The position numbers and the translations under genes were made by a program. The notes under the pieces are model-generated. The model saw nothing but the letters and a program-made list of their open reading frames with translations, made no database searches and was not told the DNA's origin. A stretch of 64,000 nt of DNA from the NCBI GenBank assembly GCA_963770835.1, contig CAVYRH010000019.1:128001-192000 (forward strand). The letters run 5' to 3'. This document shows positions 19,348-28,601 of the stretch, one piece after another. Positions within the stretch are counted from its first letter, which is position 1. Each line of letters begins with the position of its first letter. The stretch comes from an uncultured Pseudomonadota bacterium (GTDB taxonomy: Bacteria; Oederibacteriota; Muellerivitia; Muellerivitales; Muellerivitaceae).

Positions 19348-20799
19348 ATGGATGAGTTTTCAGATAAGGCGGGCACATTTTATCGCCCTACTGCGGCCTC
19401 TGCCACCTTTAAAGAGGCGGGTAATATGCTTGATGCCGACTCCACGGCCCATAATAATGGGCCGGTGCCAAAACCTTCTTCAGTGCCGAATTCCCGACCG
19501 GTTCCCTGGCTCTTCCTGGGCTTGGGGTTGGCTTTCCTCTTCCGCCTGGCCTTCGGGCTTTGCTCCGAAATCTGGTTTATCGACCAACAGCAGATTTACC
19601 TCATCGGCCTGAAGTTCTATTGCACGGGCCAGTGGCCTTATTTTGGGGCGGATGTAGCCCCCCATATCCAACTCCCCGGTGCACTCCAAGGGCTAGTGGT
19701 CGGCGGCCCCCTTTACCTTTGCCCCATCCCCGAGGCGCCCTATATCCTTTTAAACCTGCTTTCCTTCATCGGGCTTTGCCTTTTCGCCTGGTATTGCTCC
19801 AAGCGTCTCCCCCAATTCCCCAAATGGCTTCTCTATACCTGGCTTTTGACGGCCCCCTGGGTGATGAACTGGTCCACCAACATTGATAACGATTCCTACG
19901 TCATTTTTGGGAGCTGTCTTTTTTTTATCGGCTTCTTGGAAACCATACCCGCTTTGAGTCTCAAGCTGATAAAGCCCTCTTGGGCCAATTATTTGATGGG
20001 ATTTGGCTATTACTGGAACATGCAATTTCATATGTCCTATGTTCTTCTTATCCCTTTTATGGGAGTTTCCCTTTACCTCCAAGGAAAGGAAATACTCAAA
20101 ACCAAATCCCCCCACCTTATGAAGGCTGTCGCTTTGCCTTTCCTTTTGGGATGTCTGGTTACCAGTAGTGCCCTAATCCCAACCTTTTTGAAATATCCTT
20201 CCGAGTCTTTTGGCGGCGTGGGACGGGCCATGACCTTTAACCCAGATAACTTCTTCCAAATCTTCGAAGTCCTTTTCCGTTATCTTTCCCTGGCTTGTTG
20301 TGAAATTCCCCGCTTTATCGGGGCCCATACCGCTGACCGCCTGGAATTCTTAAGGGAAAACTATTGGATAGTGCCTTTTGCGGTCGTGGCGGGAACACTG
20401 GGAATCCTTCAAACCCTGGCATTACTGGTGGGTTGGTTTCAACAGAAACATCCCCAAAAGGATTGGCCCACCGTGAAGTGGCTGGCCTTGGTGACCTTTC
20501 TTTTGATTTACATCAGCTTTATTTTCGCCATCAAGGCTCCCGCCGCCCACACTTATTACCTCACCCTGCCCATTGCCATGATGTACGGCTTTTATGTTTT
20601 TAACCCCTGGGTCTCGAACAAGTGGTTTTTGACGACGGCGAAGGTTTTATTGGCCTGTAACATCCTTTTTCAAGCGGGGCTGGCCCTGCACAATCTGCCG
20701 GTGAAATCACTTTATAAGAATCGGGATTTATTCGTGAAGGCTATTTCGGAGAAGAACTATCATTTGCTGGGGGAGAGAAGGCCGGATACGCTTTATTGA
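19348..20799 (+). CDS. Polytopic membrane protein, possibly a GT-C-fold glycosyltransferase (start uncertain)
   Basis: Many TM segments; FIDQ after the first TM followed by WPYFG...PG loop, a GT-C-like layout. Confidence 0.7.
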   Translation: MDEFSDKAGTFYRPTAASATFKEAGNMLDADSTAHNNGPVPKPSSVPNSRPVPWLFLGLGLAFLFRLAFGLCSEIWFIDQQQIYLIGLKFYCTGQWPYFGADVAPHIQLPGALQGLVVGGPLYLCPIPEAPYILLNLLSFIGLCLFAWYCSKRLPQFPKWLLYTWLLTAPWVMNWSTNIDNDSYVIFGSCLFFIGFLETIPALSLKLIKPSWANYLMGFGYYWNMQFHMSYVLLIPFMGVSLYLQGKEILKTKSPHLMKAVALPFLLGCLVTSSALIPTFLKYPSESFGGVGRAMTFNPDNFFQIFEVLFRYLSLACCEIPRFIGAHTADRLEFLRENYWIVPFAVVAGTLGILQTLALLVGWFQQKHPQKDWPTVKWLALVTFLLIYISFIFAIKAPAAHTYYLTLPIAMMYGFYVFNPWVSNKWFLTTAKVLLACNILFQAGLALHNLPVKSLYKNRDLFVKAISEKNYHLLGERRPDTLY

Positions 20800-20820
20800 T
20801 CGTTCCCTAGTCGCGCCATT

Positions 20821-20973
20821 TCATTCGTCCCTATGACCTTGGCGCCGGTCCCGGGCTTTTTCTTTACCGCCCATCATGCGAGCCCCGCCGCATTGGGGAC
20901 ATACGAACTTCCGCTTCTTATGAGCTGAATGGGGCATCTCTCTCATCTTGACCTTGCATCGCCTACAGAACAT
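20821..20973 (-). CDS. 50-aa zinc-ribbon microprotein (CxxC-x18-CPxCG)
   Basis: Manual translation MFCRRCKVKMREMPHSAHKKRKFVCPQCGGARMMGGKEKARDRRQGHRDE; GGAG 5 nt before the ATG; below the ORF-track cutoff. Confidence 0.7.
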   Translation of the reverse strand: MFCRRCKVKMREMPHSAHKKRKFVCPQCGGARMMGGKEKARDRRQGHRDE

Positions 20974-21022
20974 TTAGACTCCAACCTTGCGAACCATGTA
21001 CAAAGAATCGAATTAATGAACT

Positions 21023-21787
21023 TTATCGACCTTCAATAGCGAACTGAGTTGAAAAATCACCATCAAAGACAGTGGTGCCCATGTGCTGGAGCCGGCTTTG
21101 GGTATCTACCCAAATCTCGCCCCCCATCCGGTTCCAGCGGCGGCAAAAGCTCCGGTCCTCGGAAAGGTAACGGCCCGTCGCCTCGTCAATGAATTCATTG
21201 AATAAGGCGTAACGGTTTTGGCTTTGGGGAAAGGGATCAGTGGAGAGGAACCCGCCCGTATATTTGAGCTCGGGGTATTGTTTTATCATTTTCTGAAAGA
21301 CGGATTTTTTAATCAGGGCAAAACCCATTCCGCCGTAAAGGGCCTTGGCGAAACCGTTTTTAAAAGTGAGTTTTGTGGGGTCCTCAAACTCCACTCCATA
21401 GGCCCAAAGTTCGGGACTTTTGACTGTTTTTTTCGTTTCATAGGCCCGCTGGATTCGCCCGAGGTCCAAATGCTTATAGGGGTAAACTCCCGTGGCCATT
21501 TCAGCGTCAAAAGCCAATAGCCGGAAGACCTGTTCGGGCGCAAATCCGATATCCGAATCGATAAAAAGCAAATGGGTCACCTGCGGTGTCTCCAGGAAGC
21601 GGGTCACCAGGTCCTGCCGGGCCCGGGAAATTAGGGCATCCCCCCATTGGATTGCCACTTCGACTGGAAGGTTGGCCTTCTGGCAGGCTTCCATGAATTG
21701 CAGGACGGAGAAAGCGTAGACAGCCGTCAGCTGCCTCCCGTAGGAGGGGGTGGCTATCATCAGGCAGGGCTTGGAGTCCGATGTCAT
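21023..21787 (-). CDS. GT-A-like hypothetical protein, paralog 2
   Basis: IATPSYG, DALISRARQ, THLLFIDSDI, YLSEDRSFCRRW, GGEIWVD. Confidence 0.85.
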   Translation of the reverse strand: MTSDSKPCLMIATPSYGRQLTAVYAFSVLQFMEACQKANLPVEVAIQWGDALISRARQDLVTRFLETPQVTHLLFIDSDIGFAPEQVFRLLAFDAEMATGVYPYKHLDLGRIQRAYETKKTVKSPELWAYGVEFEDPTKLTFKNGFAKALYGGMGFALIKKSVFQKMIKQYPELKYTGGFLSTDPFPQSQNRYALFNEFIDEATGRYLSEDRSFCRRWNRMGGEIWVDTQSRLQHMGTTVFDGDFSTQFAIEGR

Positions 21788-22533
21788 GACGGCTCTTTCG
21801 GGTGGGCCGATCCGGAACGGGGGGCCAAATCGCCCTTGAACATCTCCGACCCAGTGTGGCTCAAGCGGCTTTGGAAATCAGCCCAGATGTCCCCGCCCAT
21901 GTCCGTCCACCTTTTGCAAAAGGCGTAATCCTCGGAAAGGTAGACACCCTTTTCATCCACCAGGCAGTTGAAAAAGGCGGTGTGTTCCTTTTCACCTTGG
22001 GGACCGGCTGCTTTGTATTTCAACTCGGGGTACCGTTTGGCCATGGCCTCGAGAACCCGCCGCTGGATCAATAAAAACCCCGTTCCCACCTTGGTCACTT
22101 TGCCGAATCCGTCGACCGTTTCGTGCGGCTCCTTCCAATCATAGACATAGGCAAGCCCAGCCGATTCCAGGGAGCCGTCCCCCCTCGCGGCCTTCTTTCG
22201 GATTAGTTCCCAATCGTACTTTTTAGCCGGATAAAGTCCGGCACAAACCTCGCGGTTGAACCTCAGGAGGCGCAGAACTTGCTCCACGTCATAACTGATA
22301 TCCGCGTCGATGTAGAGCAGGTGGGTGGCCGTGGGGTCTTCCAGGAAATAAGCGGCGATGCTTTGCCGGGCCCGTGTAACCAGGGCGTCGCCCCAGGGCA
22401 TGGCAAAGCTCAAGCGAATACCGTTTTTCCCGCAATATTCCCTCAGCTTTAAGGCCGAGGTGAAATTAGGAACGCTGATGACCCCCCCATAACAGGGGGT
22501 TCCGATCACCAGGTGAATGGGTTCATTTGCCAA
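21784..22533 (-). CDS. GT-A-like hypothetical protein, paralog 1
   Basis: IGTPCYGG, DALVTRARQ, THLLYIDADI, YLSEDYAFCKRW, GGDIWAD. Confidence 0.85.
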   Translation of the reverse strand: MANEPIHLVIGTPCYGGVISVPNFTSALKLREYCGKNGIRLSFAMPWGDALVTRARQSIAAYFLEDPTATHLLYIDADISYDVEQVLRLLRFNREVCAGLYPAKKYDWELIRKKAARGDGSLESAGLAYVYDWKEPHETVDGFGKVTKVGTGFLLIQRRVLEAMAKRYPELKYKAAGPQGEKEHTAFFNCLVDEKGVYLSEDYAFCKRWTDMGGDIWADFQSRLSHTGSEMFKGDLAPRSGSAHPKEPS

Positions 22534-22566
22534 GTGACGCCTTTTGAAAGCCGTTTTCCCAGATTT

Positions 22567-23775
22567 TCACTGTGAAAGTCTCGATGTTATCTTTCCCCCA
22601 TCACCATTGATATCGGGCACTGTGGCGTCCAAAAGCGATACCTCGATATTGCCGATAACGATGCCGCTCTTGATCAAGACTGGAATGTGGCGGTCGTCGG
22701 CGGTGATCCAAAGGTCGATGTCCTCCTTGTTCCGGAAAACCGTTCCATATTTCACAAAAGGCTTCGTTCTGAAGCAATCGAAGGTCCCGGCGGGCACGGT
22801 GACTTTTTCCCGCGAGAACACCTTCACGATCATCTTATAGTTCTTCCCCCCCGAACAGGTTGGAATCAGGTATTTCTTGCCCACTTCTAACGGCAGGAGA
22901 CGGAAATAATAGAAGCAGGAAATAATATCCTGGGCGAAGGGCTGGACGTCCACCTGTTCTACGGGTTCCTGGTTGTGTTGCCGCACCACCGTGTGCTTGA
23001 TCTGGTCATAATTTTCCCGGTTGCGGGCGTTGTAGTTGCCCTCGTGCACGTCGTTCTCGAATTTCCAGGACAGGAAATCCACGGCGTCGAAATAGCTGGT
23101 CTGCACATCGTTCACGGGGTAAAAACTGCTGAAAGGAAAGGCGGATTTGGCCCGGGCGGTCAAGGGGTAGCAGGGCCTTCCTTGGACGTCCTGATAATCA
23201 TCCACCTCCAAAGTGGCATAGCCCCCTAGGATACCGATGGCCCGCACTTCGAACTTCAGTTTCTCGCCTGCGGCGAAGGCCTTGTTGATGGCGGGACGAG
23301 GGATCTTCTCCACGTCTTTCTCGTCCTCGTCCGTATCCGGCTCCGAAAAGGCCAAGTGCGATGTCACCGTGGCGGAAGGCGTGGCGGCAGCAATCATTTT
23401 TTTCCGCAAGTCATCCATGGTTCCCTTATCGGGGAAATTGGACGGATCGATGATTTTAAGTTCCTTCCCCACTTTCAACGGTTGTACCGGGTTCAGGTGA
23501 TTTTGCCTAGCCAGCTTCTTTTTAAAGCTCGTACTCCCGTAATAAGCTTGCGCCACAAAATCCAGGGTGTCTCCCTCTTGGACCTTGTAATGAACAACGT
23601 CCTCCCGGTTCATGGTCTTTTCCAGGGAAGCCGCATGGGGGGCTTTCTGGGCCTTGGCGGTCGAAATATCGGTTTTGCCTTGGACTACGAAGAGGAGGGA
23701 GCAGCCTTGCAGGCCGGCCAGCAAAAGAAAGCCCAAGGAAAGGGTTAAGCCGCGAGAGGAAAGTCGAGAATTCAA
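22567..23775 (-). CDS. Lipoprotein with LysM and DUF3108-like domains
   Basis: TTG start overlapping the GT9 stop; LLLAGLQGC lipobox-like; YKVQEGDTL (LysM); GEKLKF...VTVPAGTFDC...LWITADDRHIPV. Confidence 0.8.
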   Translation of the reverse strand: MNSRLSSRGLTLSLGFLLLAGLQGCSLLFVVQGKTDISTAKAQKAPHAASLEKTMNREDVVHYKVQEGDTLDFVAQAYYGSTSFKKKLARQNHLNPVQPLKVGKELKIIDPSNFPDKGTMDDLRKKMIAAATPSATVTSHLAFSEPDTDEDEKDVEKIPRPAINKAFAAGEKLKFEVRAIGILGGYATLEVDDYQDVQGRPCYPLTARAKSAFPFSSFYPVNDVQTSYFDAVDFLSWKFENDVHEGNYNARNRENYDQIKHTVVRQHNQEPVEQVDVQPFAQDIISCFYYFRLLPLEVGKKYLIPTCSGGKNYKMIVKVFSREKVTVPAGTFDCFRTKPFVKYGTVFRNKEDIDLWITADDRHIPVLIKSGIVIGNIEVSLLDATVPDINGDGGKITSRLSQ

Positions 23776-24821
23776 CGGGAGATCTTTTTTGGAAGGTATT
23801 CTTGGACGGCTGTCAGAACCTCTTCCACCGAAATGGCATCCATGGGGTCGTGTTTGGAACAGGCGCCCACCCGGCAATCGGGGCATTCCAGGTTTTGCGG
23901 CATCAAAACGGTGGATTTGTTGCCCCATGGTCCCCACCTTACCGGCGTGGTTTGGGGGATTGGGCAAAAAAGGGCGACGGTGGGGGTTCCCACGGCGGCG
24001 GCCAAGTGCATAGTGCCCGTGGAGCCGGAAAGGAAGCAATCCGCCCCCTCGTAAACGGCGGCCAGTTGCCGCAGGGTGCATTCGCCGATGAGGAGGATAG
24101 GCCTTTGGTCGGGGCCTAGTCCTGAGAGATGGGTTGTGACTCGAGACACCAAATCGGTCTCGTTCGCCGCACCGGTTAATATCACCCTCAACCCTTTGCG
24201 GCAGCATAACTGGGCGACGACTTGGGCGTAACGCTCGGGCTTCCAGTTCAGGGCCGATCCCTTGTGGCCGGGGTGCACCACCACATAATGCCCCTTGGGC
24301 TTGATTCCTTTTTCCTTCAGCAGGTCCTTTGCGAAAGACCGCTCGGATTCGGTCAAACGGAATTCGATCTTTTTGGCTTCCGGCGTGATTCCCAGCGGCT
24401 TGACCAGGTCCAGGTTGTATTCCACCTCGTGCCGGTCGCAAACCGACCGGTGGACCCGGACCTTTTCATTCAGGAGAAAGCTGTACCAGCGGTAGGCGGT
24501 ACCGATGCGGGTTGGAATCCCGGCCGTCCAGGCCGCCAAGACCTGCCGGGGGCGGGGATAGAGGGCGATAAAAACATCCGGTTTCATGGCTTTGAGGCGC
24601 TTGGTCAAACCCCAAAAACTCTCTCCATTCTCAAATAGCTCAACGGTGTCCACGGCGGGGTGGTTTTGGACGATTTCCTTGGCGTAAGGGCTAACCAGGG
24701 CCGTCAACCGGGTTTCAGGAAAGGCTTTTTTGAGGGCCTGGAAAGTGGGCAGGGACAACAAGAGATCCCCTATCTTGTCGGTGCGGGCGATGAGGATATG
24801 CTTGGGGCGCAACGCGGTCAC
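23772..24821 (-). CDS. GT9 glycosyltransferase (heptosyltransferase family)
   Basis: RTDKIGDLLL, HEVEYNL, VVHPG, STGTMHLAAAVGTPTVALF. Confidence 0.92.
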   Translation of the reverse strand: MTALRPKHILIARTDKIGDLLLSLPTFQALKKAFPETRLTALVSPYAKEIVQNHPAVDTVELFENGESFWGLTKRLKAMKPDVFIALYPRPRQVLAAWTAGIPTRIGTAYRWYSFLLNEKVRVHRSVCDRHEVEYNLDLVKPLGITPEAKKIEFRLTESERSFAKDLLKEKGIKPKGHYVVVHPGHKGSALNWKPERYAQVVAQLCCRKGLRVILTGAANETDLVSRVTTHLSGLGPDQRPILLIGECTLRQLAAVYEGADCFLSGSTGTMHLAAAVGTPTVALFCPIPQTTPVRWGPWGNKSTVLMPQNLECPDCRVGACSKHDPMDAISVEEVLTAVQEYLPKKISR

Positions 24822-25297
24822 GATTTCGCGGACAGGGGGCCGTATTTACGAAGGATTTCCTGGATGAGTTTTTCCTCCGTATGGTCTTCCCCCTGTTTCA
24901 CGGCTATGACCTGTCCTCCAAAGGAGTTTTCTCCTTTTGCTTGGTCCCCGGCGCGTTTCGCGTAAATTTGCGGTTTTAGCTGGAAAAGCAAGGGTGCCAC
25001 ACTGTCTTCGCTGAAAGCCGTGACGAAATCAATCATTTCAAAGGCGGAGAGAACCCCCAGTCGGTCCTCCAGGGGAAGCAGGGGCCTGCCCGAACCTTGT
25101 ACTCTCTTCACCGACTCATCGGAGTTCAGGGCCAGTACCAGTACATCCCCAAGCGCCTTGGCAGCCCGCAGGAAACGCACATGGCCCACGTGGAGAAGGT
25201 CGAAACATCCATCAACCAGTACGACCTTTTTGCCTTGGGATTTCAAGGTTTCGACCCGCTTAGCTAATTCTCCGTGTTGAAGTATCACTTCCGCCAT
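24818..25297 (-). CDS. Second RfaE2-like nucleotidyltransferase
   Basis: DGCFDLLHVGH, ALNSDESV, GRP. Confidence 0.85.
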   Translation of the reverse strand: MAEVILQHGELAKRVETLKSQGKKVVLVDGCFDLLHVGHVRFLRAAKALGDVLVLALNSDESVKRVQGSGRPLLPLEDRLGVLSAFEMIDFVTAFSEDSVAPLLFQLKPQIYAKRAGDQAKGENSFGGQVIAVKQGEDHTEEKLIQEILRKYGPLSAKS

Positions 25298-25326
25298 TTT
25301 TCTCCCCGTTCGTAAAATCTAGAGCA

Positions 25327-26055
25327 CTATAACTCAACCTTCAACGCCTTCATGAGCGCAAACGATGAAAAATCCACGAAAAAGTGGGCCAGGATCAGGG
25401 GTGTTGTCCGCCGAAACTTCTGGTAATAAGCCGCAAAGATCACAAAGAGGAAAAAGACCAGCAAGCAGCGGGCCCAGCCTTGGTACAAATGATAGCCGGC
25501 TTGGACGAGCGCGCTTAAAACAACGATCAAAGCCCCTTGCCGGATAAAGCCGTTCAATTCGTTCATGAACAAGGTCCGAATGATGCTTTCCTCGAAGATG
25601 GCGTTGACCGCTAAAAAAACAGTCATCTTCCAAAAGGATAAATTGGCTAGGAATGCCACCACAGATTTCAAGCTTTCAGTCGGTTGAAAGGCGTTGAAAT
25701 CCTGGGTGGAAGACGCGAAAAGCAGGAACGCTACAATGGCCAAAAAACACACGAAGAAGTAGCCCCCAAGGAACAAGAGAATAGAATCCCTTAAATCATT
25801 CATTTGAAAGGTGATGTTCAAATAATTTTTCTCGCTGCGTTCTCTCATTGCCAAGAAAAGAAGGATCAGCAAAACAATTTGGCCGTAAAACGAACCAGAA
25901 TAATCGGAATGAAGGCCGACAAAACGACCCAAATGAAATCGAAGGAGCCCCATGGAGGCGAAACAGCCCAAATAGACGAACCCGATTGAGAAAAATAAAA
26001 TCAAAACAGAAAAAATGAGGTTCTTTCGCTTTAAAAAAAAGCCGGCTTTTTTCAC
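25327..26055 (-). CDS. CPBP/CAAX-family intramembrane metalloprotease
   Basis: FEESIIR, YHLYQG, ILAHFFVD; hydrophobic. Confidence 0.85.
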   Translation of the reverse strand: MKKAGFFLKRKNLIFSVLILFFSIGFVYLGCFASMGLLRFHLGRFVGLHSDYSGSFYGQIVLLILLFLAMRERSEKNYLNITFQMNDLRDSILLFLGGYFFVCFLAIVAFLLFASSTQDFNAFQPTESLKSVVAFLANLSFWKMTVFLAVNAIFEESIIRTLFMNELNGFIRQGALIVVLSALVQAGYHLYQGWARCLLVFFLFVIFAAYYQKFRRTTPLILAHFFVDFSSFALMKALKVEL

Positions 26056-26086
26056 AGGTTTCGCTTTTACTATTTTCGGATATTCG

Positions 26087-26686
26087 TCACTTTTTCGAAT
26101 TCTTCAAAATCCACTGAGCGGCCCTTAAAACATCGGAAACCACTATACTCTTGGCCAGGGGGGCGATTTTGAGCCTTTTCTCGCTCATGTGCCCATTGCC
26201 TGTACGGACCAGGATGCCCTGGGCGACCTTGGCGTTGCGGGCCAATTGAAGGTCATCGATTTTGTCCCCCACCACGTAGCTATGCTTCAGGTCCACCGGA
26301 CACTTTTTAAGGGCTTGCTTCACCATCCCGGTCTTGGGCTTGCGGCAGTCGCAAACCCTAGAATAGCGTTTGATTTTCCCCGTCTCGTAATGGGGACAGT
26401 AAAAAAAAGTGTCAACCGCGGCGCCCTCCGCCCGGAGAAGGGCTTGGAGTTTCCGGTGGACCACCTTTACCGTGCTTTCGGGAAAATAACCCCGCGCCAC
26501 CCCCGACTGGTTGGTGACCACGAAGAGGTGAAACCCCGCCTGGCGCAAGAGCCTCAAGGCTTCCGCTGTTCCCCTGTAAAGCTTCACGTGGGATGGGTTA
26601 CTTAGATAACCCATATCGGGTATCAAAGTGCCGTCCCTATCCAGGAATACCGCTGGGCGGTTCAATGTTTTCTTTCGTCTCGGCAT
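26087..26686 (-). CDS. gmhB: D,D-heptose 1,7-bisphosphate phosphatase
   Basis: FLDRDGTL, VTNQSGVARG, YCPH, CDCRKP, VGD. Confidence 0.93.
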   Translation of the reverse strand: MPRRKKTLNRPAVFLDRDGTLIPDMGYLSNPSHVKLYRGTAEALRLLRQAGFHLFVVTNQSGVARGYFPESTVKVVHRKLQALLRAEGAAVDTFFYCPHYETGKIKRYSRVCDCRKPKTGMVKQALKKCPVDLKHSYVVGDKIDDLQLARNAKVAQGILVRTGNGHMSEKRLKIAPLAKSIVVSDVLRAAQWILKNSKK

Positions 26687-26727
26687 TTAATCCTCTTTGC
26701 GAAGTAAAACACCGTTATTCTCGCCCA

Positions 26728-26803
26728 AGTTAGGAATTAGGAGTGAGAAATTAGGAATTTCCGATCTTTAAAACTCCTAATTACTAATTCCGAATTCCTC
26801 ATT
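26728..26803. repeat. Inverted element with 7-mer tandem arms (AATTAGG/CCTAATT)
   Basis: AGTTAGG-AATTAGG-AGTGAGA-AATTAGG ... ACTCCTA-ATTACTA-ATTCCGA-ATTCCTC; includes the msbA stop. Confidence 0.75.
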
Positions 26804-28601
26804 CGATCTCATTCCGATTTATGTCGGAATGAGATCGAAACTGCATCTTGTACAGCTTCGCGTAAAGACCGCGCTTGTTGAGAAGGACGCTGTGCTTCCC
26901 CTGCTCGGCAATCTTTCCCTTGTCGATGACCAAAATGCGGTCCGCCTTCCGCACCGTGGAGAGCCGGTGGGCAATGACAAGCGTGGTGCGGTGGCCCATG
27001 AGTTCGTTGATGGCCTTCTGCACCAGGTGCTCGCTTTCGGTGTCCAGGGCGGAAGTGGCCTCGTCCAGGATCAGGACGGGCGGGTTTTTCAGGATGGCAC
27101 GGGCGATGGCCAGCCTTTGGCGTTGGCCCCCGGAAAGCTTGATTCCCCGCTCGCCGATCAGGGTATTGAACCCTTGGGGCGTGTTCTGGATGAATTCCTT
27201 GGCATAGGCGGCTTTGGCGGCTTCCTGCACATCCCAGAAGCTGGCCCCAGGGCGCCCATAGGCGATGTTTTTCAGGATGGAATCGTGAAAAAGGATGGTT
27301 TCCTGGGTCACGATTCCGATGTGGGACCTCAGGGAAGCAAGCTTGACCTGGGTGATGTCTTGCCCGTCCCAAAGGATTTGGCCCGAAGTGAGCTGATAAA
27401 AACGCGGAATGAGGTCGGCCAGGGTGCTTTTGCCCCCGCCAGATGGCCCCACCAGGGCTACCACTTCACCCTTTTCAATCTTGAAGGAAATGTTCTTGAG
27501 GACGGGGTGTCCCGGCACATACTCAAAATTCACGTTCTTGAATTCGATGGCTTTTTTTAGGGGTTTCACCTCCTCCGCACCCTTCATGTCCATCATGGGG
27601 TCGGGGATATCCAAGATCTCAAAGCAGCGTTCCGCCGAGGCCATGGCCTGCTGGAGCTGGGACCAAAGTCCATTAAAGTTCTTGAGCTGGGGATAGAGCG
27701 TGGCGGCCATGGCGAAGAAGGAGGTGAAAATGCCGATGTTGACGTTTTGTTCCAGGAGGGACCGGTGGGCCACCCAGGCCAACAATGTCAACAGGGCCAC
27801 GGTGGTGATGAATTCTACTAGGGGCGAGGATGCCACGAAGGCCCTGATCCTCCGCAGGACGACCGCGAAATAACTGGCGTTGGTGGCTTCGAATTTCTTC
27901 TTCTCATGATTCTCCATTCCGAAGGCCTTGACCACGCGGATACCGGCCAAGGTTTCATGGATTTGGGCGTTCATGTCCGCCAAGAACTGCTGGCTTTCCC
28001 CGGAAGCGTGCCGGATGCGGCGGCCGAAGTAGAAGATGGGGCCCAAGGCCAGCGGGAAAACCACGAAGGCCGCCAGGGCCAACTGCCAGTCGGTATAAAC
28101 CATGAATCCCACCAGGGCCAGGGTCGTAATGATGGCGGAAATCCCCTGCCCCACCACGTTGGTGACCGAATCCTCCAACACCTGCACGTCGTTGGTAATG
28201 CGGGCGGCCAATCCCCCGGTCCGCTGGGAATTGAAATAAGCCATGGGCATAGTGAGGAAATGGCCGTAAAGATGGTTGCGTAATTTTTGGACAACCACTT
28301 GGGCCAACTGGCGCATGAAATAATCCTTGCCGTAGCCGGAGGCGCTGCGCACGATCGCGGCGAAAAAAGTGACAGGAATCACAAAATAAAGCAGGTGCTG
28401 GTAGGCGCCCTGGGGGTCGGGGCTTTTCAGGAAGGTCAGGTTCATGATGGGTTCCAGCTGGCGCATGACAATGCCGGTGCTCCCGGCCCAAAGCACCATG
28501 CAAAGGAGGGTGAAAAGGGACCGGCCGATGTGATCGTTCAAGTAATGGAGGAGCCGAAGGTAAAGTTTAAAGGAGCTTTTGGGGGCGGCCGTGGCGGTCA
28601 T
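26799..28601 (-). CDS. msbA: MsbA-like ABC exporter (TMD plus NBD)
   Basis: GPSGGGKST, LSGGQRQR, ILDEATSALD; located in the LPS gene block. Confidence 0.8.
   Translation of the reverse strand: MTATAAPKSSFKLYLRLLHYLNDHIGRSLFTLLCMVLWAGSTGIVMRQLEPIMNLTFLKSPDPQGAYQHLLYFVIPVTFFAAIVRSASGYGKDYFMRQLAQVVVQKLRNHLYGHFLTMPMAYFNSQRTGGLAARITNDVQVLEDSVTNVVGQGISAIITTLALVGFMVYTDWQLALAAFVVFPLALGPIFYFGRRIRHASGESQQFLADMNAQIHETLAGIRVVKAFGMENHEKKKFEATNASYFAVVLRRIRAFVASSPLVEFITTVALLTLLAWVAHRSLLEQNVNIGIFTSFFAMAATLYPQLKNFNGLWSQLQQAMASAERCFEILDIPDPMMDMKGAEEVKPLKKAIEFKNVNFEYVPGHPVLKNISFKIEKGEVVALVGPSGGGKSTLADLIPRFYQLTSGQILWDGQDITQVKLASLRSHIGIVTQETILFHDSILKNIAYGRPGASFWDVQEAAKAAYAKEFIQNTPQGFNTLIGERGIKLSGGQRQRLAIARAILKNPPVLILDEATSALDTESEHLVQKAINELMGHRTTLVIAHRLSTVRKADRILVIDKGKIAEQGKHSVLLNKRGLYAKLYKMQFRSHSDINRNEIE

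Noticed and set aside
21023..22533. Prophage remnant suggested by virus-like GT-A genes
   Set aside because: No structural, integrase or replication genes; base composition resembles the flanking host genes.
23776..24441. N-terminal ~220 aa of the 624-aa ORF 22567..24441
   Set aside because: Alternative frame inside the GT9 gene; the signal peptide begins at TTG 23775.
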